Below are positions 9,435-18,462 of a stretch of DNA of 64,000 nucleotides, one piece after another. Origin of the DNA: a virus. Its lineage: Duplodnaviria; Heunggongvirae; Uroviricota; Caudoviricetes; Crassvirales. The notes under the pieces were generated by a model, which was given only the letters and a program-made list of their open reading frames with translations, made no database searches and had not been told where the DNA came from. The translations under genes and the position numbers were made by a program. The first letter of the stretch is position 1. The number at the start of each line of letters is the position of its first letter. The stretch lies in the IMG/VR virus record IMGVR_UViG_3300042473_001002, one strand, 5' to 3'.

Positions 9435-9989
9435 ATGAGAATTGGTTTAAAGTGGGGAAGTAATTCTCCTGTAAGTTATGATATTGTTTATGAAAATCAT
9501 ACTGATAATTTTAAAAATGAAAGTTGTTTTTCAAATTTACCAAGAAATTGTAAAGATATAAAATATATTATTATTTATGATATTGAATGTGATATAACAA
9601 AAGATTATACAGATTTTTATATTCAATATATTATAGATATGTATAAATTAGAAGCAACTTTTGAAAATAACATTTTTAAATTTAAAGCTTTTGATAATAG
9701 ATATAAAAATATGTTAATTTGTGCAACAATTAGAATATTATGGGAAAATATTGGAAGTATTTCTCCAGCTTTAAATACAGTTACATATTTATTTGAATTA
9801 TTAAAAAATGGTAAATGTATTTATAAAGATAAATTAAAAAGATTTTGTTATTTTTATTCAAAGATACCTTATAATAATTATTGGAATGGAGGTCATTCTT
9901 GGGATCCTAAATTAACAAAGATAAAATCTACAAAAGATTTTGTAAATACATTGCAATTAAATTCAGTAAATGGATTTTTTGAAAAATAA
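9435..9989 (+). CDS. hypothetical protein
   Basis: A 184 aa ORF. Confidence 0.45.
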   Translation: MRIGLKWGSNSPVSYDIVYENHTDNFKNESCFSNLPRNCKDIKYIIIYDIECDITKDYTDFYIQYIIDMYKLEATFENNIFKFKAFDNRYKNMLICATIRILWENIGSISPALNTVTYLFELLKNGKCIYKDKLKRFCYFYSKIPYNNYWNGGHSWDPKLTKIKSTKDFVNTLQLNSVNGFFEK

Positions 9990-10096
9990 AATTAGTTTAT
10001 AATTAAAAAAATCTAAAAATATATAAAACAAACTAAAAATTATATTATAAACTCTATTAACAATTAAATAGAGGTAGGATATGGTCGGTTTTTTAT

Positions 10097-10864
10097 ATGA
10101 TAGAACTTCCAAAAGAGAAGATTAAAGCAAGTAGAGTAAATCCTAAAAAACTAATACTTTTTTCAAAGGCTAAAGTTGGTAAAACTGAAGCAATTAGTAA
10201 ATTAGAAAATTGTTTAATATTAGATTTAGAGGATGGATCTAACTTTGTAGATGCTCTTTCCATTAATATTGTGAAAGAAGCTAAAAAGCAAGATGTAAGT
10301 GTTATTGCAGCATTAAAACAAGTCATTAATCAAATTAAAGAAGCAAATAAAGCTCAAAATGGTTTTGTCTATAAATATGGTGCAATTGATACAGTTACAG
10401 CTTTAGAAGATGCTTGTTTAGTATTAGCTAATAAATTATATCGTGATACAGCTCAAGGTCGTAACTGGCAAGGAGATGATGTAACTCAATTACCTAATGG
10501 AGCAGGTTATCAGTACACTAGACGAGCTTTATGGATGGTTTTAGAAGAATTAGAAGAATGTTTTGACACTTTAATTATTTTAGGACATTTAAAAGATAAA
10601 TTAGTTGAAAAAGAAGGTAAAGAAATGACTGAAAGAGGTCTTGATTTAATAGGTAAATCTGCATCAATACTATGTTCTCAAGTAGATGCAATTGGTTATG
10701 TATATCGAGATGAAAATAAAACTATTGTCAATTTTGCACCTTCAGATTCATTAATTTGTGGTAGTCGTAGTGAACATCTTAAAAATCAAAAGATTACATT
10801 AATTGAAGCTGGCGAAGCTGGTAAATTAACTGTAGATTGGAGTAAGATTTTTATAAAAGAATAA
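10097..10864 (+). CDS. P-loop NTPase (RecA/Sak4-like AAA ATPase)
   Basis: The Walker A motif is LFSKAKVGKTEA. A hydrophobic-D Walker B candidate is YGAIDTV. The 255 aa size is typical of phage Sak4-like ATPases. Confidence 0.5.
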   Translation: MIELPKEKIKASRVNPKKLILFSKAKVGKTEAISKLENCLILDLEDGSNFVDALSINIVKEAKKQDVSVIAALKQVINQIKEANKAQNGFVYKYGAIDTVTALEDACLVLANKLYRDTAQGRNWQGDDVTQLPNGAGYQYTRRALWMVLEELEECFDTLIILGHLKDKLVEKEGKEMTERGLDLIGKSASILCSQVDAIGYVYRDENKTIVNFAPSDSLICGSRSEHLKNQKITLIEAGEAGKLTVDWSKIFIKE

Positions 10865-11027
10865 AAGTACAATAATATAAAGCCTGAAGTACAAAGGATC
10901 GAAGACACTTAATTTAACTATTTATAGTTACCACTGAAAGTTAGAATCGTAGGTCTACACAGTTAGGACTCTGGGGGTATTTCAAAAGTCCAAATATATA
11001 TAACCCATACAAATAAAAGAAAAGAAG

Positions 11028-11591
11028 ATGAATTTCAATCTAAATGAAAAGGCTCAAAGTGGTGTAACAGTATTTAACAACGGTGTTGCAGGAAAAGTAG
11101 AAAATGTATCAATTACAGTAGAAAAAAGACGAGCTGATGAACCAGACTCCTATCCAACATATAAATTAATCGTAGATGATGGATCAGGAGCAATTCCATT
11201 AAATGCTGGATTTTTTATAGATGAATCTCATAATGAAGCAAGGCAAAATATGACTTATCAAAGAGTTAAATCTATTGCTGATGCTGTTGTTCCAGAAGAT
11301 TTTGTATATCCTGAAGTTAATGGATACATGGATGCAATGAGTACTTTATTTAAAGTAATTAAAGAGAATTCTGATGGTAAAAAAGTATCTGTATTTACAA
11401 CATACGGATATTCAGCAAAACCAAATAAATTTTTAGGATTAAGAATGTTTGACTTTATTCAAGGTCCAAATGCATCTTTTGATAAAATGAAACCAAAACC
11501 TTCTGATATTTTAGTTAGACCAGAAGCAGATGCTCCAACAACTGGAACAGATGTTAATGAAACTAAAAAAGCTACAGAAGATTTGTGGTAA
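11028..11591 (+). CDS. hypothetical protein
   Basis: A 187 aa ORF preceded by a 163 nt untranslated spacer and followed by a terminator. Confidence 0.5.
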   Translation: MNFNLNEKAQSGVTVFNNGVAGKVENVSITVEKRRADEPDSYPTYKLIVDDGSGAIPLNAGFFIDESHNEARQNMTYQRVKSIADAVVPEDFVYPEVNGYMDAMSTLFKVIKENSDGKKVSVFTTYGYSAKPNKFLGLRMFDFIQGPNASFDKMKPKPSDILVRPEADAPTTGTDVNETKKATEDLW

Positions 11592-11600
11592 TATAAATAT

Positions 11601-11626
11601 GGGGAGTTAATAGCTCCCCTTTTTTA
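11601..11626 (+). terminator. rho-independent terminator
   Basis: ggggag-ttaatag-ctcccc hairpin followed by tttttt, directly after the stop of the 11028..11591 ORF. Confidence 0.6.
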
Positions 11627-11725
11627 ATTAACTAAATTAAAAATTATGAAAAAAATAGAAATTGGAGATAACATATTTTGGTCTATATTTTGGATATGTG
11701 TCACATTAATAATAATATATGGATA

Positions 11726-12757
11726 ATGACAATAGATTTAAATGCTAAAAAAAGACTTCTTACTAAACAAGATATATTACAAAAGTTTAATGAATTAGAA
11801 ATATTTCAAAAATATATTAACGAACCTATAACAATTGGTGGTAAACCAATATTATCTCCTATTAGAAAAGAAAGTAATCCATCATTTGGATTTTTTATGG
11901 GAGAAGGTAATGAGATATGTTTTAATGATTTTAAATTAGGTAAAGGAGATTTTATACAATTTCTCAGACTTAAATTTGGACTTACATATTTTGAAGCTTT
12001 AAGTAAAGTTGCTTGTGATTTTGATATGCAAAATGATTTTATATGTAAAATATTTGATAAAACTAATACTAAAGATACTAAAGTTTCTAATATTACTAAA
12101 AATGAATTACTTGCTAAATATACAGGTTATAAATTAGGTAAAAATAAAAGAGAATGGAAAGAGCATGATACTTTATATTGGAGACAATTTGGAATATCTT
12201 TAGAAACTTTAAAGTTTTTTAATGTTGAAGCAATTAGTTTTATTCATATTGGAGATAGTATATATCCAGCTGATAAATATGCATATTGTTTTAAAGAATT
12301 AAAAGATAATGTTGAAACATATAAAATTTACCAACCTTATAATGAAAAATTTAAATGGATTAATAATCACGATAATTCTGTATGGCAAGGTTGGACACAA
12401 TTACCTGCATCTGGAAATAACTTAGTAATTACTAAATCTTTAAAAGATGTAATGTGTTTATATGAATTAGGTTTTACAGCAGTATCTTTACAATCTGAAA
12501 ATTTATTTCCTAAAAGACATGTATTTAAACAATTAGAAGATAGATTTAAATTTATTGAAATATTATATGATAATGATTATGATTCTGAAACTAATTGGGG
12601 TAAATTATTTGGTGATAAATTAGCTACAGAATTAGGATTAAGTCCATCTTATATTCCAGATAAATATCAATCAAAAGATCCGTCAGATCTAGTTGCTAAA
12701 TATGGTAAAGTTAAAGCTGAAGAAATAATATCTAAAGAAACATTATTACCATTTTAA
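11726..12757 (+). CDS. primase-like protein with a TOPRIM-like C-terminal region
   Basis: The track start at 11678 is a TTG codon. An ATG at 11726 overlaps the TAA of a 26 aa upstream small ORF (TAATG), and a third possible ATG lies at 11696. The TOPRIM-like segment is LVITKSLKDVMCLYELGF…ILYDNDYDSE (DxD), and no zinc finger is seen. Confidence 0.35.
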   Translation: MTIDLNAKKRLLTKQDILQKFNELEIFQKYINEPITIGGKPILSPIRKESNPSFGFFMGEGNEICFNDFKLGKGDFIQFLRLKFGLTYFEALSKVACDFDMQNDFICKIFDKTNTKDTKVSNITKNELLAKYTGYKLGKNKREWKEHDTLYWRQFGISLETLKFFNVEAISFIHIGDSIYPADKYAYCFKELKDNVETYKIYQPYNEKFKWINNHDNSVWQGWTQLPASGNNLVITKSLKDVMCLYELGFTAVSLQSENLFPKRHVFKQLEDRFKFIEILYDNDYDSETNWGKLFGDKLATELGLSPSYIPDKYQSKDPSDLVAKYGKVKAEEIISKETLLPF

Positions 12758-12769
12758 AATAAATAAAAT

Positions 12770-13375
12770 ATGGGTAGAAGTAAAAGAAGTAAAAATAAAT
12801 ATTCAGCTAAGAAAAAAGAACAAAAACTTCAACATAAATTAATGTTAAGTCTTAAAAAAAAAGTTAATAGAAAAATGGAAAAAAGATATTTAGTAGGAAT
12901 CTACGATAGTTTTAGAAAAGGTGGAATTTATCATAATAAAATTAATACTGCAAATTCTAAATTAATAGGTTCTTATAGCACACAACCTATTTATAATATG
13001 TATGATGTAGGTGTAGATGATGTTATAATTGTTAAAGATGGTAATCATTCTATTAAAATTGAAGTTTGGGAAATATCTGAAAAAGTATTAGCTATTCTTG
13101 AAAAAGAATATAATTATTATCCAGAATTAGAACAAGGTCAAAATTTATATTTGAAAGAAACCGTTTCTTCACCATTTGGAGATATATTATTATATACTTA
13201 CAATGATACATATGATGCAACAGATATGATTGTATTAGGTGATTGGATAGAACATTTAAATATATTAAAAGCTAAAAGAATTATAACAACTCCTACAACT
13301 AACTATATGAGAAATGGTTATAATAAAATAATGAACAGTAGTGAATTTGCAATAGATAAAGAATTTATGGATTAA
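12770..13375 (+). CDS. GGCT/AIG2-like (γ-glutamyl cyclotransferase fold) protein with a basic N-terminal tail
   Basis: A Lys/Arg-rich N-terminal tail (MGRSKRSKNKYSAKKKEQK…) is followed by YLVGIYDSFRKGGIYHN…IKIEVWEISEKVLAILEKEY. This is paralogous to 13875..14288. Confidence 0.5.
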   Translation: MGRSKRSKNKYSAKKKEQKLQHKLMLSLKKKVNRKMEKRYLVGIYDSFRKGGIYHNKINTANSKLIGSYSTQPIYNMYDVGVDDVIIVKDGNHSIKIEVWEISEKVLAILEKEYNYYPELEQGQNLYLKETVSSPFGDILLYTYNDTYDATDMIVLGDWIEHLNILKAKRIITTPTTNYMRNGYNKIMNSSEFAIDKEFMD

Positions 13376-13387
13376 TAAAATAAAATT

Positions 13388-13873
13388 ATGAAAACATTAG
13401 AAGTTTTAGATAAATATAAAAAAATAATTTCAGGAATTCTTAATTGTAAATCTGAAGAAATTAAATTTTATACAAATAATAACAATGAAGAAATTGGAAC
13501 TATTGATTTTGATAAAAATGAAATTTCAAAAAATTGGGAGTTAGGTTGCTATAAAGTAATTCAACAAGTTGAAAATGAACAAATATTAATTTCAGATTGG
13601 AAATTATATCAATTACAACATTGTTGTGCTTTTATGGTATCTTGTAATGTTAGAGTTAAAGATGAATATAGAAATAAAAGAATTGGAACAATATTAAATC
13701 AATGTCGTCAAGATATTGGTAGATTATTAGGATATTCTGCAATTTTATGTACAGATATTGAACAAAATCAAAATCAAAGAAAATTATTAAAAACAAATGG
13801 TTGGAAAGATATATTCTCAGTTGTAAATAAAAGAACTAATAATAGAGTATATTTAACAGTTGTAAATATTTAA
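13388..13873 (+). CDS. hypothetical protein (possibly GNAT-like; weak)
   Basis: A 161 aa ORF. KRIGTILNQ resembles GNAT motif A only loosely. Confidence 0.4.
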   Translation: MKTLEVLDKYKKIISGILNCKSEEIKFYTNNNNEEIGTIDFDKNEISKNWELGCYKVIQQVENEQILISDWKLYQLQHCCAFMVSCNVRVKDEYRNKRIGTILNQCRQDIGRLLGYSAILCTDIEQNQNQRKLLKTNGWKDIFSVVNKRTNNRVYLTVVNI

Positions 13874-13874
13874 A

Positions 13875-14288
13875 ATGAGTAAAAATAAAATATTAGTTGC
13901 ATGCTATGGTAGCTTACGAAAAGGATTGGGAAATCATCATTATTTAGAAAATGCTAAATATTTAGGAAATTTTAATACAGAACCAATTTATAACTTACAT
14001 TCTTTAGGTAGTTATCCAGGTTTAAAAGAAAATGGAAATACTTCTGTAGTAATGGAAGTATATGAAGTTACTCCAATAGAAGCTCACAGTATAGATAGAT
14101 TAGAAGGTTATACACCAGGTTCTAATAGTAATACTTTTTATGATAAAAAAGATATAAATACACCTTGGGGAGTAGCTTCAGTTTACTTATATGTAAGTGA
14201 ATTACCTAAATCAACTATTGTAAAAAGTGGTGATTGGAAAGAATTTAAAAATAATACATCGAATTATTATTCAATAAGAAACAATTAA
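13875..14288 (+). CDS. γ-glutamyl cyclotransferase (GGCT/AIG2-like) family protein
   Basis: ILVACYGSLRKGLGNHHYL (the YGSLxxG motif) and …VVMEVYEVTPIEAHSIDRLEGY (a GGCT-type catalytic Glu context). Confidence 0.65.
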   Translation: MSKNKILVACYGSLRKGLGNHHYLENAKYLGNFNTEPIYNLHSLGSYPGLKENGNTSVVMEVYEVTPIEAHSIDRLEGYTPGSNSNTFYDKKDINTPWGVASVYLYVSELPKSTIVKSGDWKEFKNNTSNYYSIRNN

Positions 14289-14302
14289 AAAATAAATAAA
14301 AA

Positions 14303-14998
14303 ATGGCAAAAAAGAAAATAGGAATTGTTGGACATTTCACAGGTCAAAATAGTTTTGGAATTAGTAAACCATATATGGATTTCTTTAGACACTTTGGAAC
14401 AGTTTCATTAATTACACCTTGGGAAGAAGATGTTAGAGATTTAGATTTATTAGTATTACCTGGTGGTCCAGATGTTAATCCTTTAAGATATTTAGAACCA
14501 GATGATGAATTAAGTATTTATGTAGGAGCACCGTGCCCATTTAAAGAAAGATTTGATAGACATTTGTTGCCTCAATATATTGAAGCACAAACTCCAATAT
14601 TTGGAATTTGCAGAGGACATCAATCATTAGCTGTTCATTTTGGTGCTAAATTAGTTCAAGATATGTATCATGAAACTAACCCAGATCATGATGGAGTTAA
14701 AACAATGCATACAGTTATTGCACCAGATTTTATTACAGAAATGATTCCTACTATGCATGATTTCAATAAATTAGAATTTGATGTTAATAGTAGACATCAT
14801 CAAGTAGTTATGAATTGTCCAGCAAATGCTACAATAATTGGAGAATATAATGGTAAATATAAAGAATTAAATGAACCTGGATGTATTGAAGCATTATCAT
14901 ATTTTCCAAATTATCCAGCTCATACAGTACAATGGCACCCTGAAGATAAAAGAGATTTATTTAGTGTCAGATTAATCCAACATTTATTAGATTTATAA
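14303..14998 (+). CDS. class I glutamine amidotransferase-like / peptidase C26 (γ-glutamyl hydrolase-type)
   Basis: LLVLPGGPDVNP, a catalytic-Cys motif FGICRGHQSL, and the C26-type His motif DVNSRHHQVV. Confidence 0.7.
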   Translation: MAKKKIGIVGHFTGQNSFGISKPYMDFFRHFGTVSLITPWEEDVRDLDLLVLPGGPDVNPLRYLEPDDELSIYVGAPCPFKERFDRHLLPQYIEAQTPIFGICRGHQSLAVHFGAKLVQDMYHETNPDHDGVKTMHTVIAPDFITEMIPTMHDFNKLEFDVNSRHHQVVMNCPANATIIGEYNGKYKELNEPGCIEALSYFPNYPAHTVQWHPEDKRDLFSVRLIQHLLDL

Positions 14999-15930
14999 TG
15001 ATAAAACAAGTTAAAAAAGTTAAAAATCCTACTTTATTTAGACCAATGATTTATAGTAGACATCCAAGTCATAATGTATTAAGGTCTAATACTAAGAATA
15101 TTAGATTATTACCATATCGTTCAGTTATAAGGTTTGGCTCAACTACTGAATGTCCTGATACAGTTGCTAAAGGAGGTAATAGAATTGAAATTAATACGAT
15201 AGAAGCTGTTAAAAATTCAGCTTCTAAATTATTAATGAAACAAAAGTTTACTGAAGCTCAAGTTAGTACTGCAGATTGGTTTTGTCCTATCAATAAAAAT
15301 GCTGAAGATTATTTTGAAAGTTATAATAAAGATGAAAATAATAATTTTTATCTAACTGTTAATGGTATAGGAAATATTGAAAGACTATATTATCCTATTG
15401 TTGCTAAAGCACATTTTGGTTCTAAAGGTAAAGGTAATACTTTAATTAAAACTAAAGAAGACTTAGATTCTTGGGTTGTTGGTAAAAATTTATCTCATTA
15501 TATTTTTGAGAAATTTGTGAATTATGGTCATGAATTTAGATTACATGTTACAGAAGATGGTTGTTTTTATGCTTGTAGAAAAGCTTTAAAATCAGGTGTT
15601 CCAGATTCTGAAAAATGGAGAAGACATGATGATATTTGTATTTGGTTTTTAGAAACTTCACCAGAATTTTATAAACCTAATAGTTGGAATAACATTGAAG
15701 AAGATTGTATTAAGGCTTTAAAAGCTATTGGTGCAGATATATTATCTTTTGATGTTAAAGTTCAAACACCTACAGACGCTAAAGGTAATCTTAGAGGTTA
15801 TCAAGAGTTTATTTTAATAGAATGTAACTCAGCATCATCAATGGATAATGGTACAGGAAATATTTCTGTATGTGCTCAAAAATATATTGAAGAATTACCT
15901 AAAATTATAACAAGAAAAGCTACAAAATAA
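14998..15930 (+). CDS. ATP-grasp family ligase
   Basis: YPIVAKAHFGSKGKGNTLIK (ATP-binding Lys and Gly loop), IFEKFVNYGHEFRLHV, and FILIECNSASSMDNG (the E-x-N motif). Confidence 0.55.
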   Translation: MIKQVKKVKNPTLFRPMIYSRHPSHNVLRSNTKNIRLLPYRSVIRFGSTTECPDTVAKGGNRIEINTIEAVKNSASKLLMKQKFTEAQVSTADWFCPINKNAEDYFESYNKDENNNFYLTVNGIGNIERLYYPIVAKAHFGSKGKGNTLIKTKEDLDSWVVGKNLSHYIFEKFVNYGHEFRLHVTEDGCFYACRKALKSGVPDSEKWRRHDDICIWFLETSPEFYKPNSWNNIEEDCIKALKAIGADILSFDVKVQTPTDAKGNLRGYQEFILIECNSASSMDNGTGNISVCAQKYIEELPKIITRKATK

Positions 15931-16433
15931 TGGAAAGAATTAGTCCTATTACTGGGAATCCTGTTAGAAAATATACTAGAAAATCTGTTCCAGTTGAAAT
16001 TGCAGAAGTTGTTGAAAAAAAAGTACAAGTAGAAAAAAAAGAAGAATATGATGGTATTCTTAAAAAAGAAGATTTTATATTTTATAAAGATGTTTCTAGT
16101 ATAAGTGATTATGATTTTAAAATGGCTGTTATTAAAAGAAGTACGTATTCATTTTCTACTTTATATTTTAGTTATGGACCTACTGTTAATTGTCAAATGA
16201 TGACAGTTGGAGCTTTTGGACCTTTTTTACAAGTTGAGACTAAAATACTAGAACAACTTAAAGCTATAAAAGATAATTTTAAAAAAAATATACTTTTAGT
16301 AGATATAAGACACGAATATATGAAATATTTTAATGGAAAAATACCAAAAGATATGATTATAATGATTTCTCCATATGTATCAACAAATGGTAGTAAAATG
16401 AATATATGTTTAATTAATATGACAAAATTATAA
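15930..16433 (+). CDS. hypothetical protein
   Basis: A 167 aa ORF, start/stop-coupled (ATAATGG) within the cluster. Confidence 0.45.
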   Translation: MERISPITGNPVRKYTRKSVPVEIAEVVEKKVQVEKKEEYDGILKKEDFIFYKDVSSISDYDFKMAVIKRSTYSFSTLYFSYGPTVNCQMMTVGAFGPFLQVETKILEQLKAIKDNFKKNILLVDIRHEYMKYFNGKIPKDMIIMISPYVSTNGSKMNICLINMTKL

Positions 16434-16435
16434 AA

Positions 16436-17614
16436 ATGAAAGAAGAATTAGAAGAATGGTTAAATAAAACAATTGAAATATATCCTGAAATTACTAGAGA
16501 AAAAATGGATAGTTTATTAAATAGAGATATGTCTAGTCGTTTATATAGTGAAATTCCTTCAAATAGTATTATTAATGGACATCAACAAAAAATTGATTAT
16601 ATGATGAATACGTTAAAAGAATTAAAACAACCTAAAGAAAAATCTAAATTAAATTTAGTAATTGCAGATGGTAGTAGTTCTATGGAATATGTAGAATATT
16701 TATCAACAGAATTTGATGTTAATGTTGTTAATATTAAAAATGTTAAACGTAAAAAAGATATTGATTTAGTATTATTTACAGGAGGAGAAGATGTTGATCC
16801 AGAATTATATGGAGAAAAAGTTGGTAAACATACATATATTAATAAAACTCGTGATAAAAAAGAAAGAGAGTGTTTTAATTTCTTTAAAGGTTACGTACCA
16901 ATGCTTGGTATATGTAGAGGAAATCAACTATTATGTGTTCTTAATGGTGGTAAATTAATTCAACATGTTGAAGGTCATGGTAGAGAACATACTATGATAA
17001 TTGATGGAAATTCTAGACCTGTACCAATTACTTCAACACATCATCAAATGGTATATCCTTTTAATTTAAAAAATGATAAATATAAATTAGTTGCTTATTC
17101 TGAATTTTATAAAAGTAAAACATATTTAAATGGTGATAATAAAGAAATTGAATTAAGTAAAGATTTTTTAGAACCTGAAATTGTATATTATCCAAATACT
17201 AAGTGTTTAGGTATTCAAGGGCATCCTGAATATGGAAGCTGTGATGATAGTACTAAAAAACTTTGTATGAGGTTAATTAAAAAGTATTTATTTAGTGATA
17301 ATGAATCTAAAAAATCTGAATCATATAAATGGGAAGATAATTATGATTATATAGAAACTGAAGAACCAGCTATTGGTAGTTATGTACATAAAACCATACC
17401 TTCAAATTATAAAAATTTTTACCATGATAGCTTTAAAAGTGGGATAGATGCTATTCCAAGTTTAGATTCAGATAGTAATCTTGATAAAAAACTTAATGCT
17501 TTTTCTAAAGAATATATTGATAAAGTGTTTATTGATCCTAGTGTATATTATAGTAACACACCTTCAGAATTTCAAACTAAAACTATTCCTGTAAATAAAG
17601 AATTTAAAGATTAA
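16436..17614 (+). CDS. class I glutamine amidotransferase-like / peptidase C26 paralogue with N- and C-terminal extensions
   Basis: LVLFTGGEDVDP, GICRGNQLL and ITSTHHQMVYP…GIQGHPE. It is 392 aa, with about 110 aa of extra N-terminal and about 100 aa of extra C-terminal sequence. Confidence 0.65.
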   Translation: MKEELEEWLNKTIEIYPEITREKMDSLLNRDMSSRLYSEIPSNSIINGHQQKIDYMMNTLKELKQPKEKSKLNLVIADGSSSMEYVEYLSTEFDVNVVNIKNVKRKKDIDLVLFTGGEDVDPELYGEKVGKHTYINKTRDKKERECFNFFKGYVPMLGICRGNQLLCVLNGGKLIQHVEGHGREHTMIIDGNSRPVPITSTHHQMVYPFNLKNDKYKLVAYSEFYKSKTYLNGDNKEIELSKDFLEPEIVYYPNTKCLGIQGHPEYGSCDDSTKKLCMRLIKKYLFSDNESKKSESYKWEDNYDYIETEEPAIGSYVHKTIPSNYKNFYHDSFKSGIDAIPSLDSDSNLDKKLNAFSKEYIDKVFIDPSVYYSNTPSEFQTKTIPVNKEFKD

Positions 17615-17628
17615 TAAAAAGTATAAAA

Positions 17629-18441
17629 ATGACAAAAATAAAAAATATTACAATTGGTACAGATCCAGAAATGTTTCTTAAAAAAGATGGTGTTATAATT
17701 TCAGCAATTGGTAAAATAGGAGGGTCTAAACATGATCCTCTTCCAATCTCTGATAATGGACATTTTATTCAAGAAGATAATGTTGCAATTGAATACAATA
17801 TTCCAGCTTGTACAACTAAAGAAGAATTTATTTACCATAATAATTTTGTAAAAGATTATTTAGATACAGTTGTTACAGCTATAGGTTGTGAATTAGATTT
17901 CTCAGCATCTGCAATTTTATCTGATGAAGAATTAGATTCTGATCAAGCTAGATTAGCTGGTTGTGAACCTGATTTTGATGTATGGAGACAAGATGTTAAT
18001 ATAGCTCCAGATTTAAGTGCTAGTAATATGAGAGTGTGTGGTGGTCATATTAGTATTGGTTGGGATAATCCAACAGAATCTTCACAAGAAGATATGGTTA
18101 AAGCTATGGATGCAACCTTAGGTTTAAAATCATTATTTTTAGATTCTGATACAGAACGTAAAAAATTATATGGTAAAGCAGGTTGTTTTAGATTTCGTGA
18201 TTATGGAATTGAATACAGAACTTTATCTAATTTTTGGATTAAAACTAATGAATCTTTAGCTTGGGCTTTTGATACAACAATGGAAGCTATTGAATTAGTT
18301 AATTCTGGTAAAATAGATTTGATTAAAGAAAAATACGCAGACAAAATTGTTGAAGCAATTAATACAAATAATAAATCATTAGCTCAGGAATTATTAAATG
18401 AATTTTCACTTATTAATTCAGAAAAACTAGAATTAGTATAA
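17629..18441 (+). CDS. putative carboxylate-amine ligase (GCS2/YbdK-like), truncated form
   Basis: ITIGTDPEMFL (compare GvEeEf), AIEYNIPACTTKEEF (compare vEi.TP.c…ea), and GCFRFRDYGIEYRT (compare R…lE.R). It is short, at 270 aa. Confidence 0.4.
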   Translation: MTKIKNITIGTDPEMFLKKDGVIISAIGKIGGSKHDPLPISDNGHFIQEDNVAIEYNIPACTTKEEFIYHNNFVKDYLDTVVTAIGCELDFSASAILSDEELDSDQARLAGCEPDFDVWRQDVNIAPDLSASNMRVCGGHISIGWDNPTESSQEDMVKAMDATLGLKSLFLDSDTERKKLYGKAGCFRFRDYGIEYRTLSNFWIKTNESLAWAFDTTMEAIELVNSGKIDLIKEKYADKIVEAINTNNKSLAQELLNEFSLINSEKLELV

Positions 18442-18462
18442 AATAATTAAAAAAAAATAAAA

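Noticed and set aside
10093-10326. A 77 aa − strand ORF overlapping the P-loop ATPase gene.
   Set aside because: It is antisense to a motif-bearing gene, so likely spurious.
10865-11027. A possible tRNA gene in the GC-richer spacer, and similarly at 1906..2029.
   Set aside because: No GTTC-type T-arm, no D-loop GG, and no 7 bp acceptor stem with cloverleaf geometry could be drawn. The 1914..1981 element is only 68 nt with non-canonical arms.
11678-11725. The TTG-initiated 5' extension of the primase-like ORF given in the track.
   Set aside because: An ATG at 11726 that overlaps the stop of an upstream miniprotein ORF (TAATG) is a more plausible start. The extension is hydrophobic and read in the shadow of that small ORF.
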